From: Eledone cirrhosa
Lineage: Eukaryota
Length of the DNA stretch: 64,000 bases
NCBI GenBank assembly: GCA_964016885.1
Contig: OZ024743.1
Span: forward strand, 56,854,001 to 56,918,000
Direction of reading: 5' to 3'
In this document: positions 24,361 to 38,295 of the stretch, piece after piece
Layout of the letters: every line of letters begins with the position of its first letter
Numbering within the stretch: the stretch's first letter is position 1
Made by a program: the position numbers and the translations under genes
The notes under the pieces: model-generated
The model's database searches: none
What the model was told of the DNA's origin: nothing
The model's input: only the letters and a program-made list of their open reading frames with translations

Positions 24361-26826
24361 ATATATATATATAAGAAAGAGCTGTGGCCAGGTGACCGAG
24401 CTCCTGCTGTTTCAACAGTTGTCGGGCCACGACTCTAATATCCTAAGTATTGAGTACTCTGTTGTATAACGGTCTACCTAGTTCAATCCTGATACATATA
24501 TAAAGTGTGTATGTATGTATATGTAAATAAATTTATACTTCATCACCACTGATTCTGGTTGTTGATTTTGTTTTTCTCCAGTATCATTTTCAATTTCTAT
24601 TAATTCTCTTGGGAATTTTTTTACCAACTACTTTGGTTGTTTTATTTATTTTTTAAAATTTGTTTTCTTTCTTTAAAGCTTAAGATATTTTCTTTGAAAT
24701 TAACATTTTTTCAGTGATGTAGTTGTTTCATGGTTCCCTAAAATACTATTTTTTTTTTGTGAACCTTTGAAATTCTTCTATGGACCCTGGTTGAGAACCA
24801 CTGCACTACACTACACCATATGCTACCCTATACACCCTAACATACTACCCTCCTACTCTATGACACACTATCTCCTATAGTGTATGTGAGACACTATGCT
24901 ATAACATGCTCCCCCATACTACGACAGGCCCACCACCAGCACTATGACATGATACTGTATACATCATGTTTAACTGTTGTCAACATTATACACCTTAATA
25001 TCTACAAGGGAGACTCTATGTCATCACTCAATGTGTGCGAAATAACAACCAAATCTTCCTCAAAAACACACCCTACTATCTTAAAAAGGTGTAATTTTGA
25101 TAATGTAGTCCCGGGTCCACAATGGCTGAAAAAGACAAGGATAGTTACGACTGGACTATATTTGATCATAGGTTTGCTGGATCAGGGATGACCTGGGGCT
25201 AAACAATATTAGCAATTATAACTAGAAGAAATTAATTTAAAAGACAATAGTTTGATTTTAAAAAAAGAGAAAAATATCAAAATTTATTTGTGAGTGAATA
25301 ATATTATATATTATTAATACATTTAGGTATCCACCACATTAAGAACGAAAACAATTTATTTATTTAAGTAAGTTTTAAATAATTAAAGCTGCTTAATTAT
25401 ATATGACAACAAAGCTAATTAGAAGGTAGCGAGGCAGTAAACAACAGAGTTACAATTAGTTTACACATGGTCATAATTACTTGCGTCTACGGTTTGGTAA
25501 AGGTACGTAGACTAGTAGTTAGGGCGTTGGGCTCACAATCATAAGGTCGAGGGTTAGATTCCCTCCTAGACGGAGCAACGTGTTGTGTTCTTTATTTCAC
25601 ATTGCTCCAATCCACTTGCCTGGTTAACAATGCGACAGACTAGTGTCTTGTCCAGGGCAGTCGTTCGCCTGCAACGATACTGGTGCCAAGCTATATCTAC
25701 CTTTATTTTCTTTTTGGACAACATCAGTAGTGTGGAGAGAGGAGACTGGCATGCATGGGCGACTGCTGGTCTTCCACAAAACAGCTTGCTCAGTGGAGAG
25801 GAAACTTCTAGATGCAAACCTATGGTTAGTCATAACACCGAAGGGGGTTCCTTTTTTTGACAGGTTGGAGGAGACAAATGAAATGCAATATACCTATTGT
25901 AATATTACAAGGAATACGGGTATTCAAGAAAAAATCCAATAATTATTTGAACTCTCTATAACTATTAGCAACTGATAGAATTGAAAAATAAATCAATATA
26001 ATTTACTGTTCGAGATCGCTTTTCACATATCTTTCGGATGAGTTAATGTTAGGGGATCCTAGCCACATCATTATAAGTAACGTGAATTGAAACGTCGGGC
26101 TCAAGAATACTAGATGTTGCCCAGTCCAAGAATCAAACCCACGACCTTATGATCGCAAGTTTAATATCCTAACCACTCGACCACGCACCTTCCCAACTGA
26201 TACAATTTTAACTCGCAAAAATTAATAGAAATAATTTGATTTTAAAAAAAGAAAAAGATTGTTTGTACCAACATTTGTACTTGATAATTGCATCAAAAAG
26301 ATCTGACCTGTTAAATGAAATGGATCGAGATACAATTATTTATTAATGTATATCTGTTGGTAAGAGCTGCTGAGAGAAAACTTAATGCAAGCAGTTAGTA
26401 GTATCTAGCACATCACAACTTTACCATAATAGTCAACATATACGAAATATGTTACTGTTCATGAAACTGCCCTAACCTAAATCAGGGGGTGATTTGATTT
26501 ACTAAATCAGGGTTTGGATTTGATCTTAGAATATACATATGTCAAAGTTTAAAGTTTAAGCTTTAAAATAAAACAAATATAGGGTACACGTGTTGACCAA
26601 GTAGTAAAGTAATGTGACCACTCTAACCCTAGCAAGGCATTCTGCACGGAAATATCCAATGTAGAGATGTTATTATATTCACATACCATCTACCAGATAG
26701 TTACAAATAATTAACACGATGGACCTTATAGATTATAGAATAGGAAGTAGATCATGGCAGTATATATATATATATACACATATATAATATACACGTATGT
26801 ATATGAAGCAATAATTGTAATCTCAC

Positions 26827-26975
26827 CTGCTGAGTAAAGATTCTGGCTATCGTTGAAAAATATCAAAATATGATGTAATATACTGGACTGTATTTACATG
26901 AATTAACCGGTTTAGTTGTTGTGGCTAGATAGCATGAGGTTAAGAGAGGGATCGAGAGGAAGAAGAGAGATGGAA
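26827..26975 (-). promoter_or_regulatory. Candidate non-coding first exon / TSS region of OLA1
   Basis: The acceptor just before the OLA1 ATG requires an upstream exon. There is a strong GCAG|GTGAGA donor at 26826 in unique sequence, with a pyrimidine-rich (TCT-like) tract upstream on the minus strand. The 5' limit is a guess. Confidence 0.4.
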
Positions 26976-29199
26976 ATAAAACAATACAGAGGGGAGGGGG
27001 GTAATTAGATAAATAACGAGTGAATGAAAGAGATATTGAGAGAGACAGACAGTAAGAGAGTGCGTGTGAGAGGGAAAGACTGTATGAGTGAAGAAAGGAA
27101 GTTGTTTAAAGTTATCTTCTCTTGATCTTAGCTTACCACGTTTTTTGTTTCATATTTCACCACATTCCTATAATTGTGCCATTGTTGTCATACCGATCTC
27201 TTATTTTGCATCATACAGTCTTTTATTGATGGTAAAATATGTTACAACTGTCATAACTGTTCTAAAACTTTATATGTATTTTCTAATAATTTTAAAATAT
27301 AATATTTTCTGTTCGGAATTGAGCTCTGAAAGTCTGGAATAATAATAGTTTGTAATATAGGCACAAGGCCAGCAATTGTACGGGTGGGGAAAGACAGTAA
27401 AATCGACTCCGAAAGAAAGATGAAAGGTGAAGCTGATCTCTGCGAGATTTGAACTTAGAACGTAAATGTGACAGCATTTTTTCCGACATTTTACCAATTC
27501 TGCTCTTAATAGATGGAGTAATAATCTTGTAAAATTCCTCGCCTTGCTTGATAGTTTCGTTTTTCATCTAATGGTTCCGTTTATTTTATGAAACTGTTTC
27601 GTTTTTCACTTGAGGGTTTCATTTATTTTTTTGTACTTAATAGTTTCGTTTTTCATCTAGGTTTCGAATTTTACCCTTTCGCTGTAACAGTTCAGCAAAA
27701 TTTAAGAATGGATTATTCTGATAGAAGACTACCTTAACGAATTAATGTTATTCATGTTTGGTGACGAAATATTTTTGGAACCAAGTTGCCTCGGATCTTT
27801 ATTTTTTTAGATTATAAGCCTGTTTGTTTTTGTTTCTTAATAACTATAGGTGAGATGTAGATTTTGGCATTTATACTTTCTTCCCCACCATCAAAGTAAA
27901 TTGGAAAGATTTAGTGAAATATTAGGTTGATTTTTCAATTTAAGATCATGGAGTGAAAATGACACTTCCGGCAATCTCCGTAAGTATATGCACAACGTAA
28001 ATAAGGCCTCACACGTTTATTTTTGTTGATTCCTGATTATCCATGTTACTGTTAAGCCTTGTGAAGCCATATGACCTAATGGGTGGGATGTTGAACTTAC
28101 TATCATAATGTCGTCGGTTCGATTCCTGGACAGGATGTTGAATGGTGTTCTTGAGCAAGATGATTTATTTCACGTTGCATAAGTACACTCTGCTGAGAGT
28201 GAGTACCAGCAGTAGTTGGGGAGTTAATCCTGCGATAGACAGATGTCCTATCCAGGGAGAGTCTTGTATCACAGTTGCTTAACGCCAAGGAAGCCGGCGA
28301 TAAAGAACCGGCTTGATGAGACTTCAGCTAAGAACAGACGATATAGCAGACCTATGATTAAAGTGTTTCAGTCATGACCTTACTTTCCTTCTTTTTTTTT
28401 CGGACATAGGTTAACTGAGACTAAATTATACAACGACTGGAGAGTGTGCCATTTTGATTACTGATTGTCACAAGTGCCATTTTTCACATGATCTTAAATC
28501 GAAAGATTGTAATGGCATCGTCCGTCATTTAGTTGGCTCATAAAAATATATTGGCAGTATCCGTGGAGCGTCGGACAACAAAACTCTGTGCTGTAAAGCA
28601 TGGTGTCTGACGCTCTACCGATACGACCAATCCATAGATAATTGTTTCTACTTTAGGCACAAGGCCAGCAATTACCCAGTGCATTACAGATAATGCTCAA
28701 GAGAAAGTTTAAAAACTACAAGCGACCAACTCTGGCTTGGCTCAAAAGTTTTTGTTGATATGTGTGATGTGCGGCCGATTGTCGCACTTGGTGGTGAATT
28801 GATGGTAATTTTTGTTTTTGTTTCCTTTTTTTTTTATTTCTCTCACTTTGATCGTATATTCGTGTGTGTTATATTTATAAGATGACACTCGTTCTCTCAA
28901 GTAAGCCTGCCTAGTACACTACATGAAAATGAAGTTTCACTGAAGCAGGTAGAGAGGTTCAAGAATCTCAGGGCCGTGTTCACGAATGATGGAAGGCATG
29001 AGGCGGAATTAAATGCAAGAATTGTAGACCCTGAGTAAGATAGTCGGATAACATCCATGAACTTGACTGGTCTCTCTTGAGGATCCAACCGGATCAGCTG
29101 TAGATAACTGCTTCTGACAGGACCCGCTGGAAGGAAAGTTTGAGGACTCTGCCTCCACGACCCTCTTAGAGATGTCTTCTCTTGTGAAAAATTAAAATA

Positions 29200-30150
29200 A
29201 ACTTCAAATGTAAAATTTTTTATTATACAGAGCATATAAATAAATTTACAGTAGAATAACATAACAAATATGTTTTAAATATATACATAAATAACATTAC
29301 AAATGCTTAGATAACATTATAAATTGCTCGCGATTCTTTCAGAAAGATATATTCTTTTAATATTACAATATTAAAGAATATGTAAAGGAAAGGGTGAATA
29401 ATCGAGCCAACACCAGAGCAAAAGACAGCAACGTCGCGAGGAGTACCGGGCAACCTCTCTAATGATTTTTTAGGCAAGCCAGCACACTCGCAGCGTTGCC
29501 TCGGGTGATGGCGAGGCTAATGCGCTGGAACAACCAAGCGCCCTCGCGAGATTCGCCAGTTACCTCTATTAGGCGAGCCGCCAGTGAAGAGAGGAACCTC
29601 GCAGTCAGCGGCCCGACTCCCCCAAACGTCTCGAAACCCACAGGCTGAACAATGTAGCTGGCCGACAGATCACAGTATTTGAGCGTCTTACTCCGCTCGG
29701 CTGCGGAAGCTGTGGCTCTCGTCCTAACCGCAGCATCCAGGATGAGGAAAAAAGCAAATGAGTCACTAACAGTGACGTCCCAGACAAGGCACCTGCCTCT
29801 CGACCAGGGACACAGGGTAAGGCTGTCAGGTCTTTTGCCGTCACTTCTGGAGAACCCAGATGGTTCTAAGATTGAGGGGATGTTCGCCTGGGTCAAAGCT
29901 CTCTTGAGAGTGAGGTTTAGCTGCGTGTGACGCGCGAAGCGGCCGGCATTCAGGCAGGAAGAAAGACCGTGGAGTCGAGGAGTTTGCCGCATCGGCACCT
30001 CAAACCCATGCAGACATCAGCTCCCACTCTGAGGGTGATCGAGACACGAAGTTCGTCCAGGCTGAGTAGGCCACCAACGTTAGCCACGGGTAGGGCATCA
30101 ACCCAGTCGCCTGAGTATTTGGCGCTGGCAGATAGTAAGCGGTACCTTAG
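29200..30150 (-). mobile_element. CRE-like non-LTR retrotransposon 3' fragment (zinc knuckle + restriction-like endonuclease)
   Basis: SGDWVDALP...LRVG..C.CG then, after a frameshift, HGLSSC...RH...EP...DGKRPDSLTLCPWSRGRCLVWDVT...ETFG...QRISLAITRGNA; GC-rich island followed by an AT-rich 3' UTR. Confidence 0.85.
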
Positions 30151-30341
30151 CTTTCATTATCTATATCAGTATCGGTAGAGGGTCGGACGCCATGCTTTCT
30201 AGCATAGTTACGTCCCTTTACGATCTGAGTTCAAATCCCGCCGAAGTTGACTTTGCCTTTCATCCTTACGGGGTCGATAAAATAAAGTACCAGTAATGCA
30301 CTGGATAATTGCTGGCCTTGTGCCTAAAGTAGAAACAATTA

Positions 30342-31253
30342 TCTATATATATAAAACTGAGGATGTCTCTGTGTGTGTGTGTGAGTTCGAATCCCTAAAA
30401 TTCGAAAACCACCCAACCGACTGTTTTCAAACTTTACACATGTAATACTTATGTTTCAGGGAGTGTTCTGAGCAAAATAAATTTCAAATTTTCAATGCAT
30501 TAGGCGATTTAGCGATCTCGCTCTATAATTCTTAGTCTTTCTCTTTTTAGATAGATACATACATATAACGTCGCGCCCTTATAATATCTGTCTGTGTCTG
30601 AATGTCTGCATTACGTCACTTCCCTGAGGATGTGTGTGTGTGTGAGTTTGAATCCCTAAAACTCGAGAAGTACGCAACCGATTTTTTTCAAACTTTACAT
30701 GTGTATTACTTATGTTTCAGGGAGTGTTATGCACATAAAAAAATTCGACTTTTTTTTTTTTTTATCTCCTAGGACCCGCATTAGGTGAAAAACTGCGTTT
30801 TAAAAGATTTTTAGGTTTTTTTTGAGTCGTTACGTCAGACCGAATTCCTTGAAATTGTAACTATGTATTAGTCAGTCTCTTCTTCATACCGTAAGCAAAG
30901 AAAATAAAACTTTCTTATGGCCTAGGGCCCGCATTAAGTGAAAAACTTCATTTTTTCAGCTTCTTAGGGCTTTTTGGAGGCGTTACGTCTAGCCGATTTT
31001 CCTGAAATTTATTGGCATATTATGCACATAAAAAAAAAAAATCATTTTTTTTATCCTCTAGGGCCCTCATTAGGTGAAAATCTGCATTTTTCCTGCTTCA
31101 TCTAGGAAAATCTTAAAGATTATCCAGCCATCAGAGTATTCGGTTTATTTTCTTTACATATTGTCCAGGCATGCAGTTTTTCCACGATTAGGTCTGTTGG
31201 CGGCCCGCGTTCCAAAATACCTTATTCCGTGCAACGCCGGGTACCACTGCTAA
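30342..31253 (+). mobile_element. Non-autonomous Helitron
   Basis: Begins TCTATATATATAAAA after an A; ends CCGTGCAACGCCGGGTACCACTGCTAA (hairpin + CTRR) before a T; internal duplicated blocks; no TSD. Confidence 0.8.
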
Positions 31254-32885
31254 TATAAAATAAGGCGGTAGATTGGCAGTATCGGAAGAGAGTCGGACGC
31301 CATGCTTTGACGCAAAGAGTTACGGCTCTTTCCATTCTGAGTTCAAATCCCGCCGAGGTTAACTTTGCCTTTCATCCTTAAGGGGTCAATAAAATAAAGT
31401 ACCAGTAATACACTGGATAATTGCTGGCCTTGTGCCAAAAGTAGAAACAGTTATATAAAATCTCCCCGTTTCGGGGTCCCTTTTTTCATTTGGAGTTTTA
31501 GAGGTCGGCAAGTCTTATGAAACCCAAGTTCATTGGAAACAGTTTCTATTCGCAGATATAAAGACGTTTCAAAACAAAACAACATACAACTTTAGGAGGC
31601 GAATTAACAGAGTCGTTAAAACGTTGAATAGAATGCTTAACGGTATTCGTTCCAGTTATCGCCGAGGTCAATTTTACCATGTATCCAATTGAGGCCGATA
31701 AATAAAATACCAATTCAGTACTGGGTCGATTCCTATATCTGGAAAAAAAATCGGCTATGTTTATATTTGGAAAGGTATGGACTCTGTTAGGGTCAAATGC
31801 CAAAGACGGTGTCACTACGACTCCGCCAGGAGTTAAGTGTCTATGCGTATATATATATATATATATATAAAACATCACTTATAATTTCACTATAAGTTCA
31901 TATTTTTATTTCAACCACACCAGTCCGTTCATGATAGAGTCCCGGAAAATTCATAGAAGTATTCTATATTTAAGTGAAAGTAAAATCCGATGAAAATGAC
32001 GGTTGTATCCAACGTGTAATAATGCACTAATATAATATACATATATATATTTCAACATACATATATATATTTCAAAATTTACTTTTTTTTTTTTCGCAAA
32101 CGTGTTTTATATTTGTAGTTAGAATATTTTTCACTTTTATTTTATTATTATCATTATATTTTTCTTTCCTTCGCTTTTTAAAATTACATTCGTTTTAATT
32201 ATATTCGGCACATCAGATCGATTGATGTTTTTTTAAAATTTTTACTTTCACTTTGATATAGAAGGCTTATAGGAGTTTGCCAGTCCCTTTGAAATGCGGC
32301 ACACGCGTGTGTGCATGCTTGTGCAGTATAATCATACATTTAAACTATAAAATATCTGGTGTAGTAGCATGTACTGCTTGCTGAATGAGTCACCAAGGTT
32401 TACTGTAGGCTTTCAAACTACATTTAGATCATTTATCGTTTGTGTTGTGCTATTTCACATGTATCTTTTTATTTTATTTTTAAATGAACGTCTATTATAC
32501 TAGAAATTATCGGCACACTATGTTTTTCGGTCTGTTTGGTGGAGCTGGGCCTCTGATTACGAGACTTGTTATTCCTGATGACTCGCTTTATTGGGTGCTT
32601 GGTTATTTCAGCGCCTTAGCCTCGCTATCACCCGAGTGTGTTGGCTGGCCTAAAAAAATATTAGAAGCAAACTTCAGCTCCTCTTACTGGAGCGTGTTAT
32701 TGTGTGAGCATATCTCCTACTACTTCTTTGCCTCTTCTTATTTTTTTTAAAATATATATTGTGTTTATATGGAAATAAAAGAATATACTTTTTTCTTTTT
32801 TTTCTTTCCCATGCTTTGGTCGTATATTTTGGTGCGTTGTATTTGTAATTTTCTTAGCAACAGTTAGATGTAGTTATTATATGTG

Positions 32886-33081
32886 CAGACCTGTCAACTC
32901 TTCCCGTCGGACGGGAAGATCTCTCATCCTCTTTGGGGTGGGTGAGCGATGTCTTCTCTTGTGAAAATGAATATAGCTTTCATTATGTAAAATCTCCCCA
33001 CTTTGCCCCATTTCTCCCCGTTTTGGGTCACTTTTCTTCGTGGTACTCTCCGTTTGAGTTTTTTGGAGGTTGGCAGGTCTG
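32886..33081. mobile_element. MITE (about 195 bp) with CAGACCTG TIRs
   Basis: CAGACCTGTCAAC ... GTTGGCAGGTCTG; homologous to 39304-39497; flanks tatgtg / gatgtg. Confidence 0.8.
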
Positions 33082-33361
33082 GATGTGTTTTTATTTGTCT
33101 TTATGTTTTCATTTTGAAAGAATTGTGAACAATTTGTAATGTTATTTACACAAGTGTTTAAGTATATATTGGTTCTTTTATTTACATAAATTATCAAAAG
33201 ATCAATAATTTGCAGTAAAAACGTATTCAGAGAAAAGAGGAAAAAAAAAGAAAAGAAAAAGAAAACAAGTAGAAAAAGGGTGACAGAAGACTTGTACACT
33301 CAATTATGTGCCACAACCAGGGGTGATGGAGTTTCCTAATGTTTGAGGCAAACCACTATGC

Positions 33362-34060
33362 TTGCAGCATTGCTGCAGATTATAGTGAGACTAAGAGGTT
33401 GGGTTAATCCAGGCTATCACACAGCATTGCTGCAGGTTATAGTAAGGCTAAGAGGCTGGTATAATCTAGGCTATCACACTCACAGCATTGCTGTGGGTTA
33501 TAGTGAGGCTAAGAGGCTGGGATAATCTAGGCTATCACACTCACAGCATTGCTGTGGGTTATAGTGAGGCTAAGAGGCTGGGATAATCTAGGCTATCACA
33601 CTCACAGCATTGCTGTGGGTTATAGTGAGGCTAAGAGGCTGGGATAATCTAGGCTATCACACTCACAGCATTGCTGTGGGTTATAGTGAGGCTAAGAGGC
33701 TGGGATAATCTAGGCTATCACACTCACAGCATTGCTGTGGGTTATAGTGAGGCTAAGAGGCTGGGATAATCTAGGCTATCACACTCACAGCATTGCTGTG
33801 GGTTATAGTGAGGCTAAGAGGCTGGTATAATCTAGGCTATCACACTCACAGCATTGCTGTGGGTTATAGTGAGGCTAAGAGGCTGGGATAATCTAGGCTA
33901 TCACACTCACAGCATTGCTGTGGGTTATAGTGAGGCTAAGAGGCTGGGATAATCCAGGCTATCACACTCACAGCATTGCTATGGTTATAGTGAGACTAAG
34001 AGCCTGGGATAATCTAGGCTATCACACTCACAGCATTGTTGGGGGTTATAGTGAGGCTAT
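33362..34060. repeat. 59-bp minisatellite, about 12 units
   Basis: GGGATAATCTAGGCTATCACACTCACAGCATTGCTGTGGGTTATAGTGAGGCTAAGAGGCT repeated in tandem. Confidence 0.97.
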
Positions 34061-36000
34061 GAATATCTTAGGAAAGAATCGCTGGACATATTTTATGGGC
34101 AGAACCAACCGGCAGGAGACCCAGGGGTAGACTCCGAGCAGGATGGTTGGATAACATCCATGAGCTTGGGGATCCAGCTGGATCAGTTGGAGATGATTGC
34201 TTTTGACAGGACCCACTTGAAGGAGTGTTGAAGGACTCTTCTCCACCACCCTCTCAGGAATAAGTGGGTGAAGAAGAAGAAGAAGAAGAAGAAGAAGAAG
34301 AAGAAGAAGCACTGTGATCAGTAAAAACGATATTAGTGAGTGCCTAAGCTTGTCTCTTAGAGAGAAACACTAACTCTCCATTATAGCTTGTAATGGAACA
34401 TGTGAACACTATACACAACATGGAAATATAGAAAGGACCTCCTCTGTTGGTTTTGGTGATAAACCTTCTAGTACACTCTGTAAATGGGTTGTGTTGGTGT
34501 TTACAATAAAATGCACCCAGTGCATGGAGTAAACTGGTTATGGTAGTGCCATGATAAAATCAATATTTCTCATGAAAGACACTGTAAGACATTCATGATT
34601 TGCAAATAATTTTGAAAATAATCAAGTATTTGGAGGGATTTAGCAATATAAATAACTTTCTCAATATTAAACTAGTGTTTGGACATAACTTAACAAAGGT
34701 TCTTACATAAAATTATGATGGGAGGTTTTTAGATAAATACAAACATTTTAAAGCAAACAGTTATGTATTCTAAAACAAGGGCCTAGGCTGTTTAATATGA
34801 AAAGGGTTAAATCTAACATCACAATTTTTTATATTTTCTTTATTATCTGGTCAATTAGTTTTAAACCTAACCTCACCACAATTTTTACTATGTTCTCCAT
34901 TACCTAGTCTATCACTTAAACCTAACCACACCACACTTCTTACCATTTTCTTCATTACTTGCTCTACACCACACCACACTTCTTACTATTTTCTCCATTA
35001 CCTGCTCTATCAGTTTTAATTCTCTGTCATTTCCTTTCTATAAATGTCAGATTCTTCTAGTCATTGTTGATCATTTATTTTTGATAATTCAATTAATTAA
35101 TTTGATTACTAAAATATTTCCGAAGTTGCCTGAAGATTTTATGATTATCCAATCTTGCCTCAGGGTGTCTGCAGTTTTCCTTCCTTGTATATCTTGCTTA
35201 AGAAATTTGAAACCACAATATTTATTAAAAATCAATCAAAAGCTAAATTTTGTTACATTTAACACAGATTAAAACTACAGATAATAACATATTTTTGATT
35301 CATATAAAAATGAGAAAACTCATCACTATAACAGCTGATATAAAACAGCCAAATGCTGTCAATGACAGCGATGGGCAAAAATATCTTAGAGGACAGTGGT
35401 TGCCAATGAGTAGTGATGAATTTTCTCATTTTTATATGAATTCAAATACACTTTGGCTTTGTCTCGATCAAAGTTTATTCATATTTCTTATTGACTTTTC
35501 AGGTTTATTGAAACAGTCCACTAGACAATTCTTCATTTTCAAGTGTTTTTCTGATGACAGAAGGCAGAATTTAAACTCAGTGGGATTTGAACTTAGAATG
35601 CAGAAATCTGGAACAAATACTGAAACATTTAACTATTTTGATACCAACTCAGCCAAAACTATCTCTGGTTCTAAGAAATACAAGCCCTCATTTTAAAGGG
35701 TTCCTATTTAAATTAAAACATTCAAACATAAATTTATATAAAACACTTTTGTTAAGTTTTTCAAAGCTATGGGTTTTTTTATGTCAATTTTATTTTACAA
35801 ATAGAAGTTGTACAATGATGGAAATATAAAAAAAACAAAACAAAATTAAGTAATAAAAAAAACAAGAGGAAAAGGGTAAAGAAGGGCAGATCTGGCTGTA
35901 TAGGAAAGTAGAGGAAAGGACTATAAATGCCATAAATATGAAGAAAGGGAGGGAAAGAGCAATGTTTCAAATATTATTTTAATAATTGTTTATTCATATA

Positions 36001-36191
36001 AGGGCGGTGGATTGGCAGTATCGGTAGAGGGTCGGATGCCATGCTTTCCAGCATAGTTACGTCCCTTTACGATCTGAGTTCAAATCCTGCCGAGGTTGAC
36101 TTTGCCTTTCATCCTTACAGGGTCGATAAAATAAAGTACCAGTAATGCACTGAGTAATTGCTGGCCTTGTGCCTAAAGTAGAAACAATTAT
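36001..36191 (+). mobile_element. Second tRNA-like SINE family (other copies at about 30166-30340, 31262-31452 and 59546-59738)
   Basis: GGCGGTGGATTGGCAG...GAGTTCAAATCC.GCCGAGG...GGCCTTGTGCCTAAAGTAGAAACAATTAT recurs at high identity. Confidence 0.8.
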
Positions 36192-36626
36192 TTTAATAAT
36201 TGTTTCTACTTTTGGCACAAGGCCAGCAATTATCCCAGTGCATTATTGGTAAATAATGATTTCTAATTTAGGCTGAAGGCCAGCAATGTGTGGGGAGGGG
36301 GAAAGCCAAATATACAAACCCTAGTACTTTTATCAACCTTGAAAGGATGAAAAGCAAATTGACCATGGCAGGATTTTTAACTCAGAACTTAAAGGACAGG
36401 AACAAATATTGCTAAGCATTTGTCTAACACTCTAACAACTCTACCAATCCAGCATCCTTATACTATTTTAATAATGAAATAAATAATTTTAGCACATCTC
36501 TATATTATTAATTGATTAATTGAAATACAGTGCTTTGGCAGAGTCGTTAGAGCATCTGTAGTTTTGGTTCACTGCACTTCAAGGTTAACTTTGCCTTTCT
36601 TCCTTAAAAAGTGAAGTCTGTCTTAA

Positions 36627-36847
36627 CCCTTTAGCATTTACATTACTCTATATTTACTATTGAATTTTCATTGTAAAGGCTTTACTTCACATAATTATCT
36701 CATATAGTATTGAATCTATAAGATTTTGATATTACTTATTTTGAGAACAATACCTTAACATCAGTATGAGCGGATAGTTACAGCCGGTTTGAACAGAGAG
36801 AGGTGAGAAAATTCTGGCCGGATATGGCTGGTTTAAATGCTAAAGGG
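36627..36847. mobile_element. TTAA-flanked (piggyBac-type) MITE
   Basis: TTAA|CCCTTTAGCATTTA ... TAAATGCTAAAGGG|TTAA. Confidence 0.8.
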
Positions 36848-37949
36848 TTAAGCCAGAAGGCTTATCAGGCTGGTGATTATCCCGGTTTCATGGCGTGAAG
36901 CGACTGAGAGTACAAGACTCCTTTCCTGGACAGGACACCAGTCCATTGCAAGGTTAAACCCCCAGCTATTGCTAGTACTCATTTTCAACTGGGTATACTG
37001 GAGCAACGTGAAATGAAGTCTTTTGCTCAAGAACACAACACGCAATCCAGGTATCGAAGCCACGGCATTATGGTCGTAAGTCTAACACCCTTACCACTAG
37101 ACCATGCACCTCCTTTTGGGGTTGATAAATAAAGTACCAGTTCAGGTAGCTGTGGATTGGCAGAATTGTTAAAGAATCAGACAGGATGGTGAGTTCTTAG
37201 TTCAACCCCTGCCTCCTTCAGTCAGGATTTAGTAAATAGTATCAATAAGGGATAGACAAATGGAAACATAGTTTCCTTGGTCTGATCTGATGATCACTTC
37301 TTTTCCTTTCCATTTTTTTTATTATTGAAACTATGGCTATGAAACATTTCAACACCTACCTCCTTCTGTCTGGAGTTCTGACTGGTGGACAGCATCAGCA
37401 ATGAAAAGAAACCCATAGTTTCTGTGGTTTGATATAATAATCAGCTCCTTTTCTTACCTACTGTTTTTTCATTAGAAATATGGCTATGGAAGAGTCAAGC
37501 CAATGCTGTAATGACTGCCAGTTCTTCAAACATGGTTTAAAAAATATATCCATGTTGAATGTTTAGAAGACAATAAACTTTTTTCATTAGAAATATGTTT
37601 ATGAAAGAGTTAAGCTGATGCCCTAGACATCTGATGTTCTTGACCCATTTGCTCATAATAGTGAGAGATGGGGGAATGGAAGAGAGGGTGGCAGTGATAG
37701 TGGGAGTTTGTTTTCTTTGTGTTCTGACCTGGTGTATATGTATATGCTCTATGGACACACTCACACTGAGGCGATATAATTTAAAATGAACATGGACTAA
37801 CTCTGCCAATTCTTCAAACCTTGTTCAAAATATATCCATGTTGAATATTTAGAAGACTGTAAACTATTCTGTCCATTCCTCTATGCTATGCTCACGTAAG
37901 ATGTTCTCTTGTAAAGTAAATTTAAAGAATTAATTTCTACTAAATAACA

Positions 37950-38295
37950 TCATTATCATTTTATATCATTAGCATCATAATTGTCATCATTACCATCACC
38001 AGCACCATCATACCCTCATTATCATCACCACCACCACCATTATCATCATCAGCAGCACCATTATACCCTCATTATTATCATTAGCACCCCCACACCACTC
38101 CACCACCATCATCACCACCACAATCATTATCAACACCACTACCTCCATGAGTAACAGCACCAAAACCACCCCACCACTACCAACCCCACCACAACTACAA
38201 CCACCACCACCAATACCTATACCACCATAACCACTACCACCACCACCACTACCACCAGCACTCTCTCCATGAGCAGCAACACAACCACCATCATC
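37950..38295. repeat. Degenerate (CAC/CAT)n low-complexity tract
   Basis: Direct inspection. Confidence 0.9.

Larger units (their letters stand above)
20162..24803. mobile_element. hAT-type non-autonomous element expanded by nested insertions
   Basis: Perfect 15-bp TIR CAGTGGTTCTCAACC / GGTTGAGAACCACTG; imperfect 8-bp TSD tgctacac / cactacac; the same degenerate ctaccc/ctatgac repeat continues on both sides. Confidence 0.7.
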
